Source: Amphiscolops sp. MND2022 (Eukaryota). Taken from it: 64,000 nt of DNA. Under the pieces are notes generated by a model. The model saw only the letters and a program-made list of their open reading frames with translations, ran no database searches and was not told the origin of the DNA. The translations under genes and the position numbers were made by a program. The stretch lies in contig OZ076409.1 of assembly GCA_964187785.1 (NCBI GenBank), positions 8,558,001 to 8,622,000 on the forward strand, given 5' to 3'. The first letter of the stretch is position 1, and every line of letters starts with the position of its first letter. Shown here piece by piece: positions 11,176 to 21,100 of the stretch.

Positions 11176-12258
11176 CACTGCAACATCCGTTCCTCAAGAA
11201 GTCTGGGGGTTTGCTGTTGTTCCACTCGTCTCGGGGGTTGCTGTTGTTCCACTCGTCTGGGGGCTGCTGTAACTCCTTCTCCTCTGTACATCTTCGCCTT
11301 CTGTTCGTCTGTCATCTCCTTCTCCGGTTCCAGTCTCGCGATGTGGAAGTTCTTGTTTTCCACGGCTGTTCCTTCCTCGTCCACAGCGGATTTAAACCAA
11401 CCTAAAATCCTAAATCCCTCCCCTGTATTTATTTCCCTAACCAAATCTTGAACAAATGTATCCAATTGAAACCGATCAATACTGTCCGATTCAGCCTTAA
11501 ATCTCCTAACCTCTCGACTTACAAAAAAATCCGTTGATTGAGATGAATAGATAGATAAAAAGTCTTCGTTGTGCACGTTTTCATTCAACTCCGGACAGGT
11601 GAACTCAAAAAAAGGACCCAATTTTTCTTGCCGTTCGACTCAAGACATCCGCACGGCTCGTGTTATGTCTGACCGTCGCACAGTTTGCCAGCACAGACGT
11701 TGTCTGCGATGACGGCAGAGTCGACCTTGAGTTGCTTGGTCACGAACGAGAAAAAACGAAATTCCAATGAAGACCCTTCAACGTCGTAAGGGGGTAGCGT
11801 GATTTGGTTGATGGCGGCTGTCGTCGGAATGAGTGGCTCTCTTGTTGAAATCAGCGGCGTTCCTCCTCTTGAAAGTTGTCCTTCGATGTTGGGCTTGATT
11901 ATCGTTACCACCGATCCAGGCTTGAGGTTCTCAAAATATCGAAAGAGGGTCCTTGATTCCTCACTGTTGGCGCTGAATAAGGCAATTACTGTGGACGTTC
12001 CAGGCTCTCCTAATACCAAGAACCGGTGGTATTTCTCCAACTCCATCTTCCTTCCTCCTTGATTGTAATTCTTTGTCATCTTTGTGTAGTTGATCTTTTT
12101 GTTGGCTGGGTAACATATAGTATTACTGCAGTCAACATGTTCAGTCGTGGGGTGGCAGTATCTGGATGAAGCATGGCTTCCAACGTGATCAAAGTGAAGT
12201 TTGCGAGCAAAGCTTGGGCTTGTGCAATGGACAAATTGGCTTTGAAGAAACCAGGCAT
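11154..12258 (-). pseudogene. OB-fold/C4-zinc-ribbon protein (divergent RPA70-like ssDNA-binding candidate), ~365 codons, disrupted
   Basis: Three ORF pieces (12258-12076, 12079-11663, 11621-11154) joined by 2 frameshifts and a TAA; read-through gives VCAGKLCDGQT*HEPCGC; LKPGSVVTIIKPNI resembles OB-fold strands. Confidence 0.45.
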
Positions 12259-12389
12259 GTTTGATCTGTGAAGTAAACTCTACCGTTGACTCGAAACTAC
12301 GATATAATTTTAGAAATTTCTAAGGCTACTGATATGACGACAGACTACCTTTCCATTATATACAAACAAGTAATTTAATAGAAGAGTTA

Positions 12390-12515
12390 ATTAAAGCTAA
12401 GTTACTACTCGATTCAAGATAGATCTTTGATAAAGCTAATTTACTACCTGATTAAAGATAAACCATTACTAAAGCTAATTTGCTACTAAAGGAAATGAAT
12501 ATTAAAAGCTAACTA
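12390..12515. repeat. Degenerate ~40-bp tandem repeat upstream of RPA-like gene
   Basis: TAAAGCTAA(G/T)TT(A/G)CTAC recurs ~4 times at ~40-bp spacing. Confidence 0.6.
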
Positions 12516-13180
12516 TCTTCAGCTCAACTGTACAGATTCTAACTACTTGCAGGCAAACAGTTTTTACATTAAGGTCCCATCAGCTAAACAAAAGGAAAAG
12601 AATGAACAAGAAATTCCAATGAAATCTGATCGGATTTTCGATTATACTGGACTGAATTTTGACATTGAACACAAATAATAAAAACAAATACGATTGGATC
12701 TGATATCGCAATTTAATAAAATTACATGTTGAATAAGAATTACGGACAATTTTGGAAAAATTCCAATTTTTGACAAAATTTTTTTGTGTGCGTAATTAGT
12801 TTTCTGTCATTCTTTTCGTTTTGTTGAGCTGAAAGGTTTAATTTTTTTGGTTTTTTGTCTTTTATATTTTTTTTGGATTTTTAAGGGGTTTTATGATTTT
12901 TTTGCTTTTTCGGGGAACTTTTGTATTTTTTTTGAGAGTTTGTGTTTTCTGTTTCAACCACAAAGGCGCGCAAATTGTGAGACAGCTGCAGTAGAAGACG
13001 AAATGAGCGCAAGAAGTACACGAAGTAATGGCAAGCAGAACATCCCGAAATCAACTGACAGCTGGCAATCCGGTTTCCAGGCCAAATGTCCTCTTGTCGA
13101 TCTCCGTGCTTCCACAGCCTGAAAAGAACCGTTCTAACAAGAATAAAGGAAACAAAAAGAAACGACAAAGAGGACGGGGG

Positions 13181-13213
13181 GTCAGTTTAAGCCACTAAAG
13201 GGCTTAAACTGAC
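13181..13213. other. Perfect 13-bp hairpin downstream of SGNH ORF
   Basis: GTCAGTTTAAGCC-ACTAAAG-GGCTTAAACTGAC. Confidence 0.75.
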
Positions 13214-13283
13214 AGAAAAGCGAAAAACTGCAAGTAAAACTAAAAGTGAAAGAAATTAGGGTTGAAATTAGGAAGAAGGCATT

Positions 13284-13907
13284 TTAGCCGTAAAAGCGAA
13301 GTATCTTTCCGATACTCATTTTGAGGGAGTCAACTGTCTGGTGGGCAGGATCGTTAATTTTGAATGAAGAATTCGAAAGGTTTAAATCAAAATACTCAAA
13401 GTTTTGCTGTAACAAGGCATTCATTCGTAAATCGAGATCAGACTCGAACGTTCTCACAATGTCGCCCACTTTTCGATTGGTATCTGAGGGAAGTTTTATT
13501 GAATCTTCTTTCTTTCGCCGCACTAAAACAACAACAAAATGTGAGGGACGACAGAGTTCTTGCAAAACTTGTAAATGATTAATAACTTCATTCGGGGTTA
13601 AGACAGACGCATTTGGAGGGGCATGAGGAGGCAAAGTTAACGAATTCATGATACAGTCATGGTATACTACTACGGTGTGGGGACGAAATGAGAGGGCATC
13701 GTTGAAAATATTGCACAGGTTCTTTGCAGGATCTGGATGTTGGAATCTGGCTCCACTGGCGGCGAAATTCTTGTAGACTATCTGAGGGGGGACTTGAGGA
13801 CAGTGACGGCGGTTCCTACATGGCTCCAGGCACGTGCAAGTTTCCCACGGCTGCCTCTCAAAAGAGACGAGGTTGCTTGCACCAACAAGAGCGACACGAG
13901 AAACCAT
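13284..13907 (-). CDS. SGNH/GDSL-hydrolase-fold protein, 207 aa, intact
   Basis: Block I VALVGASN, block II NFAASGA, block III VVVYHDCIMNSL, block V DPAH followed by a C-terminal helix. Confidence 0.65.
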   Translation of the reverse strand: MVSRVALVGASNLVSFERQPWETCTCLEPCRNRRHCPQVPPQIVYKNFAASGARFQHPDPAKNLCNIFNDALSFRPHTVVVYHDCIMNSLTLPPHAPPNASVLTPNEVINHLQVLQELCRPSHFVVVLVRRKKEDSIKLPSDTNRKVGDIVRTFESDLDLRMNALLQQNFEYFDLNLSNSSFKINDPAHQTVDSLKMSIGKILRFYG

Positions 13908-14189
13908 ACTTTTAACCTGAAGAGCAGGTACTGAATGAAGTTTCCATGTTTGTGTTTGAGATTTCGACCAATTTTAGGAGCCGATAGGCGCGGAAATTAA
14001 CAATCTCTCTACATCCTATTCTAAACCTACAACCTTTCAAAAAACGTGAAGTACAAAAAACAAGTGAGGTTTACGACAATCATTTCCGAAATCTTCTTTT
14101 GGCGTTCTGGACCGTCTTCATCTTCTTTTCTTCTTCTTTGTTTGATCGATCTATTATATATGTTACTGAAATAGATATTAAATAATCTC

Positions 14190-14757
14190 ATCCGTTCTTC
14201 TTGTCTTCTTCATCTGGACGCAACTACTATAAATATTACTATTATAGATATTAATTATTCTCATCTTCCGAATCTTCTTTTCTTCTTCATCTGGACGCAA
14301 CTACTATAAATATTACTACTATAAATAATAATTATTCTCATCTTCCGAATCTTCTTTCTTCTTCATCTGGACGCAACTACTATAAATATTACTAATATAA
14401 ATAAAAATAATAATTATTCTCATCTTCCGAATCTTCTTTCTTCTTCATCTGGACGCAACTACTATAATATTACTATCATACATATTAATATTCTCATCTT
14501 CCGAATCTTCTTTCTGCTTCATCTGGACGCAACTACTATAAATATTACTACTATAAATAATAATCATTCTCATCTTCCGAATCTTCTTTCTTCTTCATCT
14601 GGACGCAACTACTATAATATTACTATTATACATATTAATATTCTCATCTTCCGAATCTTCTTTCTTCTTCATCTGGACGCAACTACTATAAATATTACTA
14701 TTATACATATTAATTATTCTCATCTTCCGAATCTTCTTTCTTCTTCATCTGGACGCT
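14190..14757. repeat. Minisatellite, ~75-bp unit, ~8 copies
   Basis: TTCTTCATCTGGACGCAACTACTATAAATATTACTA...TTCTCATCTTCCGAATCTTCTTT repeated. Confidence 0.93.
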
Positions 14758-14984
14758 CTGGTATAAACACTAGTTTGAATGTATCCAAAAACGTCTCAAT
14801 GCTCAACTCCACTCATTCTCACTACGTAAGGCAAAAGAATGGTTAAGTTTTAGAAGAAGTCAATTAAAGTCTGGATTTTAGAGTTTTAGTCAAAAAGTGC
14901 AAGTCAAAAAAGTCAAGTTTTGGGAAAGTCCGGTTTTGGTCTGAGAATTCACATTTTAGAATTTCACGATCTTTATTTAATTAG

Positions 14985-15594
14985 AGTGTGTCAGCGTGGA
15001 AGGCACTAAGGGCTACACGTGCTGCTACACTGGTTAGAAGTGATCAGTCTTTTTTTAATATGAAATGTGTATAAGCTTGGAAGGCTCAAAGGGGCTACAC
15101 AAGCTCATACACTGTAAGTCTGTATTGTCGTCTCCTGCTGTTCTGCTCCTCGTGTCGTCTGCTTCTGCTCTCGGTGTGTTTCGTTTACTTTTTTTTACAA
15201 AACAAGTGACTGGAGGCACTCAGGTCTCCCAAGCCACTTGCCAACCGATACCACACACTTTTTACATTTTAAGATGTTTCATTTTACATTTAAAGACAAG
15301 TGACAGAAGGCACTCTGGTCTCCCATGCCACTTGCCAACCACTAACCATTTTAAACAAGAATTTTTACATTTAAAGACAAGTGACAGAAGGCACTCTGGT
15401 CTCCCATGCCACTTGCCAACCACTAACCATTTTAAACAAGAATTTTTACATTTAAAGACAAGCGACAGAAGGCACTCTGGTCTCCCATGCCACTTGCCAA
15501 CCGATACCAACACACTTTTTACTTTTTACAACGGTTCATTTTACAATTTGAGGACAAGTGACAGAAGGCACTCAGGTCTCCCATGCCACTTGCC
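14985..15594 (-). ncRNA. Array of seven conserved-loop stem-loops in the 3' region of the helicase-nuclease gene (includes an 81-bp tandem triplet)
   Basis: Hairpins at 14985-15031, 15067-15112, 15201-15242, 15295-15336, 15376-15417, 15457-15498, 15553-15594; loops G(A/G)AGGC-N~12-CA; minus-strand AATAAA at 14972-14977. Confidence 0.6.
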
Positions 15595-17735
15595 AACCAC
15601 TAACCTTTTAACCTGTTGCTTCACAATGGACAATTTTAATGAGGCAGATGGCTCAAAAGGGCAACATACCTCGATAGTGAATTTTCCAAAATTGATAATT
15701 TTAGATGGATCGAAATTCCCCGCACTGGGACGATCGCGGCGTTCGAACATTTCATTGTGAATTGCGCTCTCAAAATCGCGGCGCGAAAACATTGACGCAA
15801 AATTGCACACGCAACCAGCGACAGCCCAAGGCAAACGATGCGATGTCTTGGTAAAATTAGATCCGTTGCCGCTGTTGTGTTCCGACAGCCGTGTCAAAAG
15901 AGCGCGTTCTGTCTGTCCTACATAAAAACATTCAGGCGACGTCGGGTTGAGGCTAACTAAAAGGTAAACAAAACCGCCGGGTGTTCTGGGTATGTTTTTG
16001 TTGAATGGTTCAAAAGCCATTTTCGAGATGTTAATTGGCTGAACAATGCCACCTAATCGCGAGTTGGTTCTGATTTTGTCTAACAGACTGAAAAGACGTT
16101 CTTCGCGCAAATCTCTATTTTCAAAAATTGACTTGATCGCGCCTAACGTAGCTGGCTTATCTTCGACAAAAGTGAGGTTTTTCAACTGTTTCACTCGACT
16201 CACTATGACGAAGACCTGAGACGTCATCCACAACGCATAGCTACTGTCAGTTGCGGAAATGAACGTCGCCAGCTTGTCGAACGTGTCACCCGTGAGTTTG
16301 TGTGTTGTCATGGCCACATTGTTCATCAACGGTATCTGGATCCTTCTGACTGAGTTCTTCTTGAAGGACTGCACGAAACCGGTTTGCTGCGAAAGAGTCA
16401 CTGAGCGCCAGTTCAGGTAGTCCTCGTGATCCAGCATCGCCTGAGTGATGTCAACGTCACCACCACTAGTGTCAGGGATGAACACTGTGACCGAGTCACC
16501 GGTAGGGACCTCATGGACTACACCAACCTGTCCTTGAGACAACTGCTCACTTTCCATATTAACTGTGACCCTTACCAAAGCCTTTGAGTAAACAATGAGG
16601 TGCTTGGGCTCGTTCACTTTGTCGCTCAGGTGGTTACCTACTTGACGAGAGTCGGTCTGATTCCACACTGAGCTCTTGGACAAACAGATTTCGTCAGTGG
16701 CCTCGAAGATCCTGAAAGCAGTTCCGGACTCGCGTACTCGCTGAATGTGGCTTTCGAATTCTTTTTGCTCAGCTTTCCGCTTTCCGAAAACACGCATGAC
16801 ACACGGGTCGTCCAGATCAGCTCAACTTTCCTTGAAAGTGCACTTTGCTTCCAGAATTGCCAGAATCTCGGCAACTGCAGGGGCATCGATGGGACGTCTC
16901 TACATGTGTCGAAGAACTGTTTGGCCTGCTTCATCTGTCATGCGAACGAAGTGCCCCAGAAAGAACAACGCGAAGTTGGTCAACAGAACAGGCGAGAGAA
17001 AGATGTCATTGCCTTCGATGGATGGCAGTTGCATTTGATCACCGCTAGCAATCACCAGAACGCCACCGAAAGGCAAGGTGGTCTGCTTCAACTCCTGGAG
17101 CACAATGTCCATTGCAGACCACTGTTCGGCGCTGATCAAGCTGACTTCTTCCACGAACAGCACTTCCAGGGCCAGGAGGAGCATCTTCTTCTCATTCCTG
17201 TGATCCAGCTCGTTCAACGCTTGTTCAGCCATCTTGATCGGAGAGCCAGAAGATGAGGGTGGCAAGCAGAACAATTTGTGGATGTGCTCACCACCGAAAT
17301 GGATTGACCTCCTCGAAGCTAAACTTGTAACCAAACAAAACAAACCTTTCGAAAGCGCATACCCTAACGCCATTGTTAGTACGTGAGTTTTACCTGTACC
17401 AGGAGGACCTAAAATCAACTGATGTCTGTTAAACCGGTGACCTGAAAACAAACTTTCAATGATTAAATTTTTCAGAGTTTCTAAAATTTGGGACTGCTCC
17501 TGCAAAGACTCAGCTGACTGGAAAACATTTGCAATGAGGTCAGCAGACCAGTTCGAAGGTGTTTCTTTGGTCACTGTTTCAAAATCGTTAGAAGATGGAA
17601 AATTCGGTAAATTTTTTTTTTGCGTCAACGACTTAATGATGTTAACTTGTGACTGACGAAGCAACTTCTTGGCCTTTTCCTCTAGTGCTTCAGTCAAAGT
17701 GTCCATCGTCGTGATTGGCAAGCCTTCATTGCCAA
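15541..17735 (-). pseudogene. PIF1-family SF1B helicase fused to C-terminal GIY-YIG nuclease; 5'-truncated, two in-frame nonsense codons
   Basis: Motifs ILGPPGTGKT, GGEHIHKLF, VLFVEEVSLIS, PFGGVLVIASGDQMQLP, RIQIPL..VAMTTHKLTGDTF, QVFVIVSRV; then FVYLLVS...FYVGQT...RLSEHNSG...PW; ORFs 16900-18024 and 15541-16797 are in one frame, separated by TAG (16900-16902) and a TGA in KES*ADL. Confidence 0.85.
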
Positions 17736-17740
17736 TGTTC

Positions 17741-18170
17741 GTCCACGCCCACGAACAAGCCGGAGGCGAATACCAGACTCGCCACTCAGCACACCATGCA
17801 CGACTCGCGGGTACGCTAATGAAGGACGTCCTTGGAGGTATGTGCAGAAAGATACCATGTGCACTTGGATTGCCATGGAAAGAGGCTTGGTTGGATATCT
17901 GCATACACCGACAGCGCCGAAGATAGGGGCCAAGACAGGAGCCATGGTGGCCACAGAATCCTCCACCTCGGCCAGTGTCAGGTCGGCAATCTGTTGCGGC
18001 ATTGGGAACCCTGCTGTCTCCCATGGGATTTGACTGTCAGAATTATGCAATGGTTGAGACTGGTCCACGCCCACGAACAAGCCGGAGGCGAATACCAGAG
18101 TTGAATACAGCCAGTGTTGGACAGACGCACGCATGCGTTCCAATTGGGCCTCCGAAAACATTTCGAAAAT
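17741..18170 (-). pseudogene. Fragment of an unrelated orphan ORF abutting the truncated helicase
   Basis: EMFSEAQLERMRASVQHWLYSTLVFASGLFVGVD...; exact 37-bp direct repeat at 17741-17777 and 18063-18099. Confidence 0.35.
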
Positions 18171-21100
18171 TGAATTTGTAGTTGCAATGCGACAGAATGA
18201 GTTTAAGCAATCGCTGGTACTTGCTAATTTCTTCTCGGGTATTGTAACTTGATTGTGATTTGTAGTTGAAACGTTCGCGTGTGACACTTCCCGCCCTGCG
18301 CTGGAAAATTTCTCGTTTCCACTCGACGCGCGAGAAAAATTGCTGATTTTCCCGCGCCGCGCGGGAAACTGCTCAATAATCCGTTAGTTGTTGAGAAATT
18401 GTGACTATAAGGCTGCCGCGCGGGAAATTCTCTTCGTGTTCTACCTATGAGACAGACATTTCCCGCCGCGCGTGGGAAATTCTCTTCGTGTTCTACGAAT
18501 GAGACAGACATTTCCACCTCTGACACTGTCGCCATGTCGATTTCGTCTGGATAGAGATAATCTCCTTCCTCTGCGACATCAGCGATGTTGGTTAGGGGTG
18601 ATGGGGTGTTATCGTTTATTTCTCTGGAAAATCAAAATCAAACGATAATAACTTCAGTAATTTTCCTCTGAATTTTCTTCGATAAAAAACCAACATCGAA
18701 AGATCTTGCACTGGTTCCGACAAATCGAATTGGGGAAATTCCAGGTTGCTGATGCTAATTGGTGAAGACATTCTAAAACAGACAAAAAAGATGAGATTGA
18801 AGATTTTTTCAGGTGATTGAAATGAGGAGTTGATTGCAAAAACAACTAACGTTTCTGCTGAATTTATAGAGTCTGCTGAATCTGCTGAACGTTGCTGAGT
18901 CTTGAGCTAATGAATTTGTAAAGTCTGCTGAATCTGTTGAACGTTGCTGAGACTGGAGCTGCTGAATTTGTAGTTGCAATGCGACAGAATGAGTTTAAGC
19001 AATCGCTGATACTTGCTAATTTCTTCTCGGGTATTGTAACTTGATTGTGATTTTTAGTTGAAACGTTCGCGTGGGACACTTCCCGCCCCGCGCGGGAAAA
19101 TTGCTCGTTTCCACTCGACGCGCGAGAAGAATTGCTGATTTTCCCGCGCCGCGCGGGAAACTGCTCAATAATCCGTTAGTTGTTGAGAAATTGTGACCAT
19201 AAGGCTGCCGCGCGGGAAAGTCTCTTCGTGTTCTACCTATGAGATAGACATTTCCCCTCCGCGCGCGGGAAATTCTCTTCGTGTTCTACTAATGATACAG
19301 ACATTTCCACCTCTGACACTGTCGCCATGTCGATTTCGTCCGGATAGAGATAATCTCCTTCCTCTGCGACATCAGCGATGTTGGTTAGGGGTGATGGGGT
19401 GTTATCGTTTATTTCTCTGGAAATTCAAAATCAAACGATAATAACTTCAGTAATTTTCCTCAGAATTTTCTTCGATAAAAAACCAACATCGAAAGATCTT
19501 GCACTGGTTCCGACAAATCGAATTGGGGAAATTCCAGGTTGCTGATGCTAATTGGTGAAGACATTCTAAAACAGACAAAAAAGATGAGATTGGAGATTTT
19601 TTCAGTTGATTGAATTGAGGAGTTGATTGCAAAAACAACTAACGTTTCTGCTGAATTTGTAGAGTCTGCTGAATCTGCTGAACGTTGCTGAGTCTTGAGC
19701 TGCTGAATTTGTAAAGTCTGCTGAATCTGCTGAACGTTGCTGACTCTGGAGCTGCTGAATTTGTAGTTGCAATGCGACAGAATGAGTTTAAGCAATCGCT
19801 GATACTTGCTAATTTTTTCTCGGCTATTGTAACTTGATTGTGATTTGTAGTTGAAACGTTCGCGTGGGACATTTCCCGCCCCGCGCGGGAAAATTGCCCG
19901 TTTTCACTCGACGCGCGAGAAAAATTGCTGTTTTTCCCGCGCCGCGCGGGAAACTGCTCAATAATCCGTTAGTTGTTGTGAGAAATTGTGACCATAAGGC
20001 TGCCGTGCGGGAAATTCTCTTCGTGTTCTACCTATGAGACAGACATTTCCCGCCGCGCGCGGGAAATTCTCTTCGTGTTCTACTAATGAGACAGACATTT
20101 CCACCTCTGACACTGTCGCCATGTCGATTTCGTCTGGATAGAGATAATCTCCTTCCTCTGCGACATCAGCGACGTTGGTTACCCGTGATGGGGTGTTATC
20201 GTTTATTTCTCTGGAAAATCAAAATCAAACGATAATAACTTCAGTAATTTTCCTCAGAATTTTATTCGATAAAAAACCAACATCGAAAGATCTTGCACTG
20301 GTTCCGACAAATCGAATTGGGGAAATTCCAGGTTGCTGATGCTAATTGGTGAAGACATTCCAAAACAGACAAAAAAGATGAGATTGAAGATTTTTTCAGT
20401 TGATTGAAATGAGGAGTTGATTGCAAAAACAACTAACGTTTCTGCTGAATTTGTAGAGTCTGTTGAACGTTGCTGAGTCTTGAGCTGCTGAATTTGTAAA
20501 GTCTTCTGAATCTGCTGAACGTTGCCGAGTCTGGAGCTGCTGAATTTGTAGTTGCAATGCGACAGAATGAGTTTAAACAATCGCTGATACTTGCTAATTT
20601 CTTCTCGGGTATTGTAACTTGATTGTGATTTGTAGTTGAAACGTTCGCATGGGACACTTCCCGCCCCGCGCGGGAAAATTGCTCGTTTCCACTCGACGCG
20701 CGAGAAAAATTGCTGATTTTCCCGCGCCGCGCGGGAAACTGCTCAATAATCCGTTAGTTGTTGTGAGAAATTGTGACCATAAGGCTGCCGCGCGGGAAAT
20801 TCTCTTCGTGTTCTACTAATGAGACACACATTTCCACCTCTGATACTGTCGTCATGTCGATTTCGTCTGGATAGAGGTGATCTCCTTCCTCTGCGACATC
20901 AGCGATGTTGGTTAGGGGTGATGGGGTGTTATCGTTTATTTCTCTGGAAAATCAAAATCAAACGATAATAACTTCAGTAATTTTCCTCAATTTTCTTCGA
21001 TAAAAAACCAACATCGAAAGATCTTGCACTGGTTCCGACAAATCGAATTGGGGAAATTCCAGGTTGCTGATGCTAATTGGTGAAGACATTCTAAAACAGA

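Noticed and set aside
14985..15594. CRISPR-like repeat-spacer array
   Set aside because: Eukaryotic context, no cas genes, and the spacers are AT-rich and duplicated within 81-bp tandem units
11057..15594. Hairpin motif as SECIS, hammerhead or box C/D element
   Set aside because: No AUGA/GA quartet with AA loop, no CUGANGA...GAAA core, and the CUGA in the loop varies to CAGA in three copies
15065..15760. 231-aa plus-strand ORF, and plus-strand ORFs at 9032 and 16747
   Set aside because: Antisense shadows of minus-strand genes and repeats
16800..16902. Stop-codon reassignment or read-through in the helicase
   Set aside because: Two different stops (TAG, TGA) plus frameshifts in neighbouring genes indicate ordinary decay; the host PhyH gene terminates with TAG
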